NCBI GenBank assembly: GCA_051047955.1
Contig: JBPGPT010000006.1
Coordinates: forward strand, 620,001 to 677,900
DNA from: Cystobasidiomycetes sp. EMM_F5
Taxonomy: Eukaryota
Reading direction: 5' to 3'
Length of the DNA stretch: 57,900 bases
The notes beneath the pieces are model-generated. The model searched no databases, had not been told where the DNA came from, and saw only the letters and a list, made by a program, of their open reading frames with translations. Shown here in pieces: positions 22,796-34,856 of the stretch. The translations under genes were made by a program, and so were the position numbers. The number at the start of each line of letters is the position of its first letter. The first letter of the stretch is position 1.

Positions 22796-24516
22796 ATGAC
22801 TAGGACTACCATGCAAGTCGCTGTCATCGGAGGCGGTATCGGAGGATTGTCAGCGGCCATAGCTCTCCGTCGACAAGGTGCGTTCGACCGCGGTGTGCCC
22901 CTAACTTCGACGTGCGAGTTAGCGAGCGGAAAGCAGGAAGCACTGAACTGATAGATCTACATCTAAACAGGACATCACGTTAGCCTTTACGAACGGTATG
23001 ATTTCGCTGGAGAAGTCGGCGCTTCCCTCAGTTGTGCAAAGAACGGAACGATGTGGCTCGATGAGTGGAAGGTAAGGAAGACATCATCTTCGCACTCAGT
23101 ACTCTTGCGACTCATGCATCACTCCTTCCCTTCAATGACATCTCTTGCTGTCACTTTGCAGGTTCCAATCAGCGAGATGGACCCAGTAGTTTTGAAGAGC
23201 CTGTGCATGCACGACTACGCAACTGGAGAACCAATCAACGACTACGACCTTTCGGACTATGAATCCAAATGGAAACACCCCTACCTCATGTTTCATCGTC
23301 AGGATATGCACCGGACGCTACTTTCGACGGCTATCGGTCAAGCTGGCGACGGCCCGCCTTGCAAGCTCTTCGTCAATCATCGAGTCCAGCATGGCGATGC
23401 AGAGGCTGGTCGGGTCTCATTCACGAATGGCATCGAGATTGTCGCAGATCTCGTTGTCGGTGCAGACGGCATTCGCGTACATCAGCTCTATACTTACAGA
23501 AAGACTTATCAAAGTCGCTGACGACGTTCTGTTATTGCATCCACAGTCGACAGTCAGGGAGCTCATCGGCGTCCAAGCCAACATCAGGCCAGCTCCGCTC
23601 GCAGCATATCGGTGTAACATACTCGCAAGCACCGTTGATGAACTCGGCTTACACAACTTCGCCGCGCGACATGGCATAGACTACTGGGGAGGATTTCCAG
23701 AAGATGACAGAAGCGCCTATTACAAGATCGTTTTGACCGGATGTCGGGCCGGCAAGATCCTCAGCTTCTACGTTTTCATGCCAGTGGGTCAAGTCAATCA
23801 GGGTTCCGGCACACACCGCTGATATCGCTATTTAGACAGACAAATCGCCCCAGCGTAAAGAAGGATATCGATACGCGGAAGTCCCCGTCGAGGAGATCAC
23901 TGCGCCGTTCAAAGGCTCTCTAGACAGCAGGGTGGTTGCATTACTCGAACATTCGTTTGATCGCATGCCGTGGCGCCTGTACGTGCACGACCCATATACA
24001 CACTGGGCACGAGGCAAGGTCTGCATTCTCGGCGACGCTGCGCATCCTATGATGCCTAATCAAAGCCAGTAAGTTTTGTTGCGAAGATGCCGCTCTGACT
24101 CGATACAGCGGTTGACAGGTTCTCTGCTTCCATTTTAACAGAGGAGCAGTACAAGCACTGGAAGATGCAGCAGCGCTGGGCATCATCTTTTCTTCACGCT
24201 ACGATTATGAGCAAGACGTAGAAGCCGGCTTGCGGCTGTACGAGCAAGTCAGGAAACCGAGAGCGACAAGAGTGCAGCAAGCGTCCTTAAGGGCTACCGA
24301 AAACATCAACGAAAGAATTGGCTTCTCCACGCAGCCATATGCTCAGGGCAAGCTTGCGTCAACCGGTAAATTGACGACCGATGAGATGAATTTATATGGT
24401 GAGCTTTGCGGCTCGAGGAAGCGGATTCGTTCAGTAAGCTGAGTGACTTTATCAACCACCCAGATATGTATTTGGACGTTTCATTACATGCAGCCGACTT
24501 TCCCGTTCGGCCGTGA
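22796..24516 (+). CDS. FAD-dependent monooxygenase (salicylate hydroxylase-like)
   Basis: VAVIGGGIGGLSAAIAL (Rossmann fold), ADLVVGADGI and ILGDAAHPMMPNQSQGAVQALEDA. Confidence 0.9.
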
Positions 24517-24708
24517 GATCAGTATTACAGCAGTTCATTCGCACATGCGCAGTCGCATCAGCTAGATCATTCAGTGTTGTGTAGGAGATTTGTTGTTGTC
24601 ATTCATACAGAGCGTACGTTCCACACAAAGTGGCCCCGCTTGCCTCGTCGCCATCTACCGACTTGTCTCAAACACAAACGGCACTAGCAAATCTGCTCGA
24701 CGTTTACC

Positions 24709-26754
24709 ATGTGGCCTTTCTCATCCTGGAATGCTCAGCAGCGTGTCGACCAGGCTGTCAATAGCAAGCGTGCTTCAAGAGTTTCGGCAATCAAGCAAGG
24801 TCTCGCTGCTGCCGGGCCGGTGGATGGCAACGAGGATTCCATATACTTGGAATCTACCGCCTGCAATATCGTTCAGAAGATACGCGATGGAGAGTGGACG
24901 TGCCAGCGCGTCATGGAGGCGTTCGTGCGCAGTGCGGCTCAGGCACATGAACGTACAAACTGTCTCACCGAAATAATGTTTACTCAAGCCCTCGACTCGG
25001 CGAAGCAGCAAGACAAGCTACGCGAAAGCTTCTCAGACGATGACTGGACAGCTAAGCCGCTCTTCGGTCTGCCCATCTCTCTCAAAGATCAACTAGACGT
25101 TGCTGGCTTCGACTCGTGCATAGGAATGGTCCGCTACACAAGCGAGCCCGCAAAGGAGGATGCTGTGCTAGTCCATATACTTAAAGACCTTGGCGCCATT
25201 CCTTTCGTCAAAACGAATGTCCCGCAAACCATGTTGGCTTTCGAATGCGCCAACCCAGTGTGGGGCGTGACAGTCAACCCGTTCTCATCATCACATACGC
25301 CAGGCGGCTCATCAGGCGGCGAAGGCGCACTGCTTGGTGCGAATGGAAGTCCTTTGGGCATCGGTGTAGGTCAGCTTAGATTTTGCGACAGAAGAGCCTT
25401 ACATGCCGTTCACAGTCCGACATCGGTGGTAGTCTACGTATACCGGCACATTTCTGCGGATGCTATGCCATCAAACCTGTAGCCGGACGCTGGCCGTCCC
25501 GCGGAGCGCGAGGCACAATTCCTGGTTATGAAGGTATTTCTGTGATGCACATCTCCTTACACCGTATTAATCGGTATCAACGCCTTAGCCATACAATCCA
25601 CACTAGGACCGATGGGTCGTTCTGTACAGGATTTGAGACTCGTTACTCAAGCCGTCTATAATGCAACCATCGGGTTAAACTTGTCAGCAACTGAATTACT
25701 TCAGATACCGATACCCTATCGACGCGTGGAGCTACCCCGAAAGCTTCGCCTAGGATACTATGTTGAAGGTAAGAGCTCTATGAAGTGTACAAGCTGACTT
25801 AGGCTGAGACTCTGGCAGACAATTTCATACCCACTTCTCCCGCCTGCGCCCGAGCAACACAGTTGGCAGTAGACGCAATGACTGCCGCTGGCCATGAATG
25901 CGTTCCCATAAGTCTGCCGGACCGTGAGCGAGGCATTTTGCGATATCGTAAGATTTGTTGATCCAGATTTGCCTTCGCAGCCATTGGTGCACTTTCAATC
26001 TTCCAAGCTCTCGCCTCAGCGGATTCATACTGCACACTATTGTCAAATCTGGTCGAATCCGAGCCGAAAGAGCCTGCTCTCTTTCTTCCGACTGTCACAC
26101 CCAAAATTCCCGCTTGGTTTAGATGGGCAATCATTTGGTTGCTTCGCACTTTCGCTGGCGAACATGCCATGGCCAGACTGATGAGTGTATCACACCTCAA
26201 ACCAGTACATGAATTGCTACAATGGCAGAAGAAGCGCAATGATTTCAGGCTGCATGTTCGCAATTACCTTTGGAAAGAGGAGCGATTAGACGCCATTATA
26301 GGCAAGCCTGTATTACATCTTATTTGCGATGGCTTCAAGCTGACGTCAAATCTGCACTCTGCTAGCCCCCACCCAAGCAACACCAGCGATTACTCACGGG
26401 TCAACGAAGAGGCTGTCTCCTCTAGCTATACACACAATTTATTGGAATGTCGTTGACTCCACCGTCGGTCTGATCCCTGTTACGCGAGTTGATGAACAGC
26501 TTGATGCAATGCCTTCGAGCTTCAAAGCAAAGATTGACGCTGCGGGAACAAAGCTACTGAGTCGCGAATTATATAGCAAAGTATATGATTCCAAGGCCAT
26601 GAGTGGTCTGCCGGTGGGCGTCCAGCTAATTGCGCCAGCCCATGAGGACGAGAAGGTCATAGAGATAATGCAAATCTTGGACGACGCTCTGATAAGACAA
26701 AGGGGCAAGGCCTTTGGTCCTGGAGCAAATTTGTCCCACGCAAAAGTCTACTAG
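24709..26754 (+). CDS. Amidase-signature enzyme (acetamidase/FAAH-like)
   Basis: PLFGLPISLKD, KTNVPQTM, PGGSSGGEGALL, SDIGGSLRIPAHFCG and GLPVGVQL. Confidence 0.92.
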
Positions 26755-26891
26755 ACACCTGCCGTACAACATATAAGTTGCGGGAGGCGCAAGTGCATTG
26801 TCAACGACTCCACGTCCGGCCAAAGAAAGTGCGAAAGAAAGGGACAGAAAAGTAGGAGACGAATCCAAACACCGCAGTATGCAATGTCAGA

Positions 26892-29290
26892 TCAGAATGC
26901 TCGCTGAGGACAAGCCACACCCGGCAGGGCGTTGGGAACGGCACGGCCGCTCATTCTGGGGAAATGCCGTTCATGAGCCTCGCTCAAGTAGCCTCGCTGC
27001 ATGGGAGAGCTCACCTGTGCCAATGCTGCACAATCTGAAGGATTCTCGATTGGTCACTGTAGCTGTTGCCGTTCGGATAGTAGAGGGAATAGCCATCATT
27101 ATGCTGAACGTAGTTGCAGCACTGTAGGTAAACGCGGATTAGTTTGGTCATGAAGTATACTGTGCAACTAACCTGATCATCATGGCCGAAGACACTCCAT
27201 ACGAGATCTCCCATATAATTGTTGCTCTGTAGGCATCACATCGATGGTGGTCAGAGCTTGACAAGGCGGCAGAGGATCACACAAACCTCAATATTGCTTA
27301 TGAAGCTGCCTAGATCGTCTCCACCGTTTCGCCCAGTCCAATCGAATTCGCCTGAAATTAGAAGACATTGAGCCGCTAGCGTGGATACAGCATCACTCTG
27401 GGTACGTACTGACAAAGAAGCCCTTGGGTTCGCGGGTAGCAAGGGGCTTTTCCTGGTTGATGCTGTTTGCCGATGGAGGGTCAGCAATACATCGTACAGA
27501 CCTCTTGAATACGCACATGTAGTTGTTAAGAGGATATGCATGATCACCCATGATGTCGATGTATCCAGAGCCCAAGCTTTGCGATGTCGCTCCTCCGTTG
27601 TAATTGTAGAAACCATCAGAACCGTCACTAGGCTGCGGCGTCAGAAACGGCATGAGCTGCACATGCCACCATGCACTTACAGTAGAAGATGTTTGCTATC
27701 GAGCGACTTTATATATCCGCCGATGTTATTAGTCCAGCTCAAGGGTGGCCAGCCTTGTTGACCTGCGCACAAACACTGTATGTGAGTGCGGCCTTCAGCG
27801 AGTGTGGGACTGAGCACTCACCCATGTAGCCTCCCCATTCATTACCAGTCTCCCTGCAATGGTTGTCAGCTCCATTGTGCCAGTAGGTGACGTAGACTTG
27901 CCATGCCAGGATAGTAGGATCATCCGCGTAGCGCACACCAGTGTAAGCATTTTGGTGCGTGATGATCTTGTTGCTGGAAGCCGAGTATAGTGTCAGTGGG
28001 AACGACTAGCGTATAGAATTCGCACAGACATGTAAGTCTTAAATGCATTAATGACGTTACCGTCGGTATAGAAGGCTGCGCCGTAGTTGTCCTGGCTGAC
28101 GCCAAGCCATCGAAGGAAGGTGTATTTTCCACCGTGATAGTAGTCCCAGTTATCGCCTAGCGGAATGATGACGCGAAGACCTATAACGGCAGCGCATCAG
28201 CTTGGACAATCTGCATAAGCATACCCCAGGCCCAGGCGTACCATATTCGCGGGCAGCGAAAAGCGCGTAGTCGATACTGTGAGAATTTTGTCAGCATAGA
28301 TTAAGAGCGCAACACTAGCCCTACACGTACATGTCGAACGCCTGATTGTTGAAGTAGCCTAGACTGGGCTCAATGCATAGCGGACAGCCTACCGAGATAC
28401 CGAGAGTATGAGCACGAATGGTGTTTGCGCCTGTAAATGCGCCTGATTTAGCTTGAGATACTGAGCAGCGTTTGATATAGCACTGACCCATGGCAACAGC
28501 TATGGCCATGGCTTCACGGATGCGCTGTTTCGATGGATACGAGGGATTCGGCACAACGTTCTCATCTAGACCCAGCCAGTACATGTTGGGACCGACAGGA
28601 CGGAAAGCTTGCCCGTTTACCTGAATTTGAGAGTATGAGCGAGTAGCGAATGTGGTAGGCTTAGGCAGGGTGCCAGTTGCAGAGATTGTGTAAGGGGCAT
28701 TGTTGTAAGCAGGGAAGCAGGTCGACGTCGGTTGAGGTGTCGTCGTAGTCGCAGGTCTAGGAGTAAAAAACACAGTGCTGCAAACATTAAGCCAATGTTT
28801 CCGCAGTGCAAGGTACGATCCGGCCGAATAACACAATAAGTGTCGTGACGACTCGCTCAAATGGCGGTTTTCCGACACTCACGCTTTTGTGCTGGTTCTA
28901 CGTAATAGATATGCAAAGTCAGATTGACTTGCTTGTGGCACATTCATGTTGACTTACGATGTAGGCGCTGCCTTCGATGTTGTCGCTGGCCTAATGACAT
29001 ACTGGTCAGCACGGTTTAAAGGAGCTGAAACGGATGTAATGCTGCATAGCTGACTTTGGAGTGAAGGTTAACGCGCGCTTGGCGTATTCGTGGTCGTTCT
29101 CGGTCCCCGTCGGAGCACGCTCCATTAACTTGTTGGAAGCATCAACATTGTTCCGTCGCCATTGCTTGTGGTGTTCGTCTCGAGCAAGACCAGCGCCTGG
29201 ACTGCGTGCAGTCGCGGATGCAAACAATATGCAGAGGGCGAGTCCAGTCACAATCTGTCGCCAGCGCGACGAAGAGAAGGGGTGGGGCAT
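26892..29290 (-). CDS. Secreted glycoside hydrolase family 5 (beta-mannanase-like), highly intron-split
   Basis: Signal peptide, KR propeptide site and Thr-rich linker, then GPNMYWLGL, NTIRAHTLGIS, YADDPTILAW|ETGNE (acid/base), HAYP and GEFDW (nucleophile). Confidence 0.85.
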
Positions 29291-30805
29291 TGCAAACTTG
29301 AAAAGGAGTGTGTGGCTTCGTCAGAAGAGTGGTAAAATTGTGTCAGATTGGTGCAAAAGCAGAAGGTCGCTGGTCAATCAGCTGTGTAAACTTGATTGTG
29401 CCGGCGCCGTGCCATTCCACAATTGAATCCCTGGACCGCAGCGTCCGTAAGACCGAAGAAATGGAGTCTGCTTTGATTTGAACTGAACATTCCTGGCTTT
29501 TAATCAATTGCGGTGCGCCCACGGTTCTTGGTCTTTGGCTGTGGCATTCCACTCCTTGATCCTCACATGTTGATGGCAACAAACAAGCCTAGGAATGTGC
29601 GGGGATATTTGCGCTCCAGCCGCAGCGAAGGGAGAAGCAGTAAGAGTCCAGGGTCAGAGGCCATCGCGCACGACGGTAGCCGAGTTCTGTGTTAGATCAA
29701 GTCCTTCTGATCTAGGTTGACGTGTGGTCAAATGATTGACTCTCCGCGACGTCGCGTATAAATGAGGGTGACTCTGACCGTTAACGTTGCTATTATGATG
29801 ATGGTGATGGACTGCGAAGGCACGACTTATCTAAGAGAAGCCGCAACTATGCCCATCTTAAAAGGAGGGTCCTGCTCTTAGGCTGTTTGTCGTGCTGATG
29901 CCTCGTTGTGTAGCTCTCGGTGCCTTCTTGAACGACAGCGGTGACGCGCGACTTTACAGACGAGCCGACAGCTTACATACTGGACCACAGTCTCCTAGCA
30001 GCTCATGCTGTGCCATACGTACACATTGCCAACCTCTGCTGCACTCACACTGTTGCCGAGCACAGCATGGCCGACTCTCCAACGGATTCGCTCGCGCCCC
30101 GGTCAACTGAAAGTGACCTTTTGGGAAGAATGCGGACTGTGCTGACTCTGACAAAAGGCGAGCGTCACGTCACGTCAATTCTGCACCCTAGGCTGGGGCT
30201 TTTGAGTGAATGGCATTCATGAATAGCTGACCGAGCCAGGCGGGCGGGCACGACATACTGACCTGCTGAGGGCCAATGCGCACGACAGAGTCAAAGTCCG
30301 CTTTTCAGGTGATGAGGATGGCGTGCAATTGTCTATGCGAAGGACGGGGCATACTCTAAATGCCATTCGACACTGCCAACAAGCTGTGCACCCACACGCG
30401 AGACAAGTCTGTTGGCTTGTTCGACAGCAGCGTCAACCCACGCACGCTTGACAAAGAAACGGAACGGTCAAGTCGAATACATCGGCTGTCCACGAAGTTG
30501 TCCGACAATCGGCGCACAGGCTGAACACAAACGGAACGTCTGTCAACTCTGAGTGTCGTGATACTCCGCTCAAAGCTACAGCGCTCTCCCTTTCTTGCCA
30601 TTTAATCATTACTCCGCGTCAAACATACGCTTGCCATTTATCACAGGTCACCAAAATTTCCGGGACCACACGAGACAAGCACCGACTGGCTCAGTGCATT
30701 GTTCTCCTCATTCAAAACACGTCTACTTTCACGACAAGTTCACGAAACGTTTCATTGCTTCCTCTACTGTATTCTTTCTTCGCGTGGCAGCGCTAATCTC
30801 GCTCT

Positions 30806-32808
30806 ATGCCCCCTACGCCAGGCACTTGGAACGATGGCAGCGCGTCGCAAAACGACATTCACGATGAGACGACAGAACTTACGAAGAACGAAGACGCAAG
30901 CAAACCCATTAAACCGAAAGGCACCCAGAAGGCTGGACTTACTGGGATGCGTCGGTCATGTCAATTCTGCCGGTGAGTCGCTAACCCCGAAAGTGGCCAA
31001 ACGGAGGTCATACCACTTAACCTGACTCTGCAATACTACCCGAAATTTGTAGAAAACGAAAAATAAAATGGTATGCATGGTTTGTGATGCAGGCAAGCAC
31101 CGCAAGCTGACCAACAGTGTCTCACACAGTGTCATGACAGAGAAAAACACGCCCTGTACGCCATGTGCAATAAGAGAACAGGATTGTATCTTTGCACCTA
31201 TGGGTGCGCCAGAAGATAATCTCTACCCGTCGAAGCCAGCCATAAAGCGCAAGATACTTCCACTCCCCAGACCTTCACCGGCAACTTCAGGCAGCACAGG
31301 TATGTGTATCCGACTGCTGTGTACGTGCATGTATTATCCCTAGGCTGACTCTTGCTCAATCGCACACGCTCTCAGATGCCATGCCGAAGATATTGGCTGC
31401 CGTGGCCTCTTCTACAAAGAAATTCGGCTATCCGACCGTTCTCAAGAGTGCATCTCCCTCGCAGAGCCCGCCACGGACACCCGCTTTAGTGCGCTCGACA
31501 TCGTTGCCCTCGCCGCGACGAGTATCGTCAAAAACTTCGTCAAGCTCCATAGGACGAACGAACGCATCTCATCCATATCGAGTGTCATACACTCCTAGTA
31601 CAATAGTTCACCCCGCCCATGAATCTGAGTATTGGCTATCTCGACACGCAAATCAAAGAGATTTTACTGCGATACAGCAGATGCCGCTTTGGGCATCGGC
31701 TCCTGCTAGCATGTACCATGACTTACCCTCGAAGACGCCTGTGCTTGCTACGAACCTAGATGCCAGCAGTTCGAGTCGCACGTATAGCACCGCGTCGTCC
31801 TGCCGTAGTCACGCCTCTATGGCCTCCACCGGGCCGTCGTCTGTGTACAGCGGAGTTACCTATGGCAACGACATACGATCAGTATCTCATCCAATGATGT
31901 ATGCTGTTCCTGCAGCTTCGAGCGTGCAGACGTATCTGCCACCCCCTGTTTACCAAGCACCGACATCATTCTACGTTGGTGCAGCAGAGTCACCTCTGGC
32001 TCGCAAATCTCACAAATACCTCATCCTGGATCACTATCCAGGCCTTCCATCTTTAACAGTGAAGCAGCAGCCTGCGAGCTCAACTCGGATAGCCGCGGAT
32101 GATGTGCCGAAGGGCGTGGACGGCACCGCTTATAGAGGCTACATAGCTTCAGCACCAATGAGTAGCATTGCTCAGGCTTCGTCAGGAGGAAAGTCTCACT
32201 ACTCGATGCCTCTTCACAACACGACAGCCACAGCCACGGCAAGTTATCCAGACAGGCACGCAGCGTACACTCGCTCACCTCAGGCAGCTGAGCTTGTTGC
32301 ATCGCCTCTACAGTTGTGGACCACGCTTGGAGGCAGCCCAGTGCATCTTGAAGCGATCAGACCTGAAGACGTCCGACCCGGCGATGCTGTCGTTATTGAG
32401 GTCGGCGAAGATCGTCAACCGCAAAGCTTTCTGGATGTGCATCTTGGACAGCATCAACAATTGAGCCTGCTCGATAATGATTCCTACACTTCCGCTCCCT
32501 CGTCATCCTGGCACTCTGCCGCACCGTCGGTAGCGTCATCGGAGTCCGAGATTATGCCGGCCTCTATGCAAGCAGAGTACGGAGTCAACAGTGGGACAAA
32601 TAGTCTATCCATGTCCCGGACTTCGTCCACGATGTCCTCATTTTCTTCGTCTTTTTCCACGTCGTCTACGCCGCATAGCACGCAATATGAGCAGCGCTTC
32701 ACGACCATAGAACCGACTTCGCTCTACGATTACTCACGAAATACGCCCGTAAACCCGGACAATGCTTCGAATACGAACACTGGTCATTCCCGGACGGCCA
32801 CATACTAA
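30806..32808 (+). CDS. Zn(II)2Cys6 transcription factor with a Ser-rich disordered C-terminus
   Basis: Spliced exons give RRSCQFCR|KRKIKC|VMTEKNTPCTPCAIREQDCIF (six Cys). An intron at ~31300-31375 joins this to ORF 31381-32808. ATG 30806 is in frame with the zinc finger. Confidence 0.82.
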
Positions 32809-33296
32809 ATGCAACAGTGAGCCGCTCTTTACTGAGTGTACAGAAGATTACTGGCTATTGACACGACTTTGTCGCTCTAGAATACTAAGTCTTGTCGGAA
32901 AGTAAGCACTGCGCACGCTGCCCACCAATGTACAGAAAAAGGGCAGTTCGAAAACCACTCTAAGCTTGTCTTCAAGATGCGACTGGTCACGAAAGTCGGA
33001 GGCAATCTACCATTAGTCTCGACGATCCCAATTAGACGCACCAGATGAATGACTGATACGACTGAATGACAAAATACCCACATGGCTCGAGAATACCCAA
33101 AGGAAAGAGGTAGGATTTGGCAGCCTGTTGTACAGTAGATCTAGCCTAATAAAGCGCTGCTTTAGCGACAAATACTAGAGTATCCCATACACACATGTAA
33201 TGAGGAGATGACTCGTGCTCCCCTTAGCTGGCTTTTCTTGAACCGTCGCTTATAGGACTGTACAGCTCAAATATTTCGATCACTGACCGGTGTGGC

Positions 33297-33348
33297 TATA
33301 AATTTGCAAACGCGCTGGCGCCGGCTCTTTCTCTTTTTCTTTTTTCCC
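33297..33348 (+). promoter_or_regulatory. TATA box and pyrimidine tract upstream of U3-like gene A
   Basis: TATAAA at 33297-33302 followed by a CT-rich tract. Both are retained in copy B (TTTATA on + at 47048-47053). Confidence 0.65.
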
Positions 33349-33689
33349 AAGAAACATACTCTTTAGGATCACTTTATAGTGAACTTCCGAGATATGTCTA
33401 GCTAATCTACATTAGCCACATCAATCAACGGCTTACGATGACGTGAAAAAGGTCACAATTCCTCACCAACGAGAACTCTTACCTTTTGGCGGGTCCACAC
33501 AAGCGATTCAGCGATGGCCTCACAGCCTTGCGATTATCGCGGACCCTGCTCTCGATGACTTGGGCTCGGTACTGCGCCAGGGACGCTCCGTCGTCTCCTG
33601 TATGGTCTTGAGCAGTTGCAAGACTTTGGTCTGCTTCGGCTCGAGACCTGCGCAGCCGTAGCAAGAGGTGTGACTTCGTCTGAAGTCGC
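33349..33689 (+). ncRNA. U3 snoRNA (box C/D), copy A
   Basis: 5' AAGAAACATACTCTTTAGGATCACTTTATAGTG resembles U3 boxes A'/A, and AGGATCA is complementary to UGAUCCU at the 18S 5' end. Box C' GATGA (33437-41) and box D CTGA (33680-83) are flanked by pairings CGGCTT/AAGTCG and GACG/CGTC. Second GATGA (box C) at 33554. T5 follows the end. Confidence 0.85.
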
Positions 33690-34063
33690 TTTTTACACCA
33701 TGATTGCGTGTTGGCAGTGTAGTAGCTGGGCTCATGTTGTTGTCTGGCTTCAATTAGTAGAAACACATTACTTCAGCTACAAATTGTGCCTGAATAGAAC
33801 CGTAGTATATGCATTCGAATTTGCCCCTTCGCACACAGACTTGCTAAAACGGGTCCTTGAGGTCTGGTCTGAGTAGCTTGATGCGCCAACACGCGGTTCC
33901 CCCAATGTCCGCCTGCTGCCTTGCATAGCTTTCGCTGCACCCCTTTCGCGAGACTTGAAATTTCTAAATTTTCCAGGCAATCGAACCTTCCCGGAAGCGC
34001 AACCCCTTCGCCGGCTGCGTCAACGAGAGGACTCTGCACCAAGCACATTCTGAGCCTGCAATC

Positions 34064-34404
34064 ATGGTATGCTGCCCTGCTGTCGATTCTGTGTTGGAAT
34101 ATGTGCAGTCCGCTGACTGCTGTCGTTGCGTCTGCAGGATACACAAAAGACTCAGGTCAAGCTCGCCAAGGTAGTCAAGGTCCTCGGCCGGACAGGATCC
34201 CGTGGTGGTGTTACTCAAGTGCGAGTCGAGTTCATGGACGACACTGCGCGGTCTATTATCCGAAACGTCAAGGGCCCAGTCAGAGAAAACGATATCCTCG
34301 CGTTACTCGAATCCGAGCGTGAAGCACGGTCAGTCTGCAACGATCGCTACCGACAATTAGGCACTGTGTACTCACTGGTCCTATTCCACAGTCGGTTGAG
34401 ATGA
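34064..34404 (+). CDS. RPS28: 40S ribosomal protein eS28
   Basis: Exons 34064-34066 (ATG), 34138-34328 and 34392-34404 give [61 protein letters not shown]. Confidence 0.97.
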
Positions 34405-34856
34405 TTTCCTCTGTTTGACGAAGAAGAAGTCCCTTCGCTGTTGGACAATGACCGGCTTTGGCACCACATTCACTTTCAATCGCCTATTCTCGGACCTCAT
34501 GATTTTATCCAGTCTTTGACGACATCCATCATCTACAATTACGCAAACTTATGGCGATCGCCGGGGGCAATCTATGCGTGAACGCTGGCGAGATGGACGG
34601 TGATTCAGGACGATTTCCGCCCCTTTGCATTCATGCGTGGAGCAGGAAAAGCAGGACAATACCAAGAGAAACGAAGATAGGAGAAAAGGAGGACGGATGC
34701 AACTGCTCAAGTCGAGCAGTGCTCGATGGCGTGGGGAGTGTATTGGTACTTGGCATCTTTTTCAGACGGTATACCTCTTTCGGTATTGTTTCGCTGCAAT
34801 GAACTACCAAAAGTGCATGGCTTTCAAAGGGATGCGATCATGCCGACCCGAAGTAG

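Larger units (their letters stand above)
33257..33719 (+). repeat. Inverted repeat arm A (~460 bp; partner 46631-47085)
   Basis: Reverse complement of 46631-47085. Near-identical in the core, with a few substitutions and indels in the upstream flank. Confidence 0.97.

Noticed and set aside
33379..33415. Spliceosomal intron in U3 (GTGAAC..GCTAAT..TAG)
   Set aside because: Only 37 nt with a weak donor, and GCTAAT/ATTAGC reads better as a hairpin. RT-PCR would settle it.
33443..33766. Duplicated small ORFs (33443-33661, 33479-33766 and mirrors 46689-46907, 46584-46871) as a protein or toxin-antitoxin pair
   Set aside because: They have non-ATG starts and no family resemblance, and are better explained as incidental frames over the U3-like RNA.
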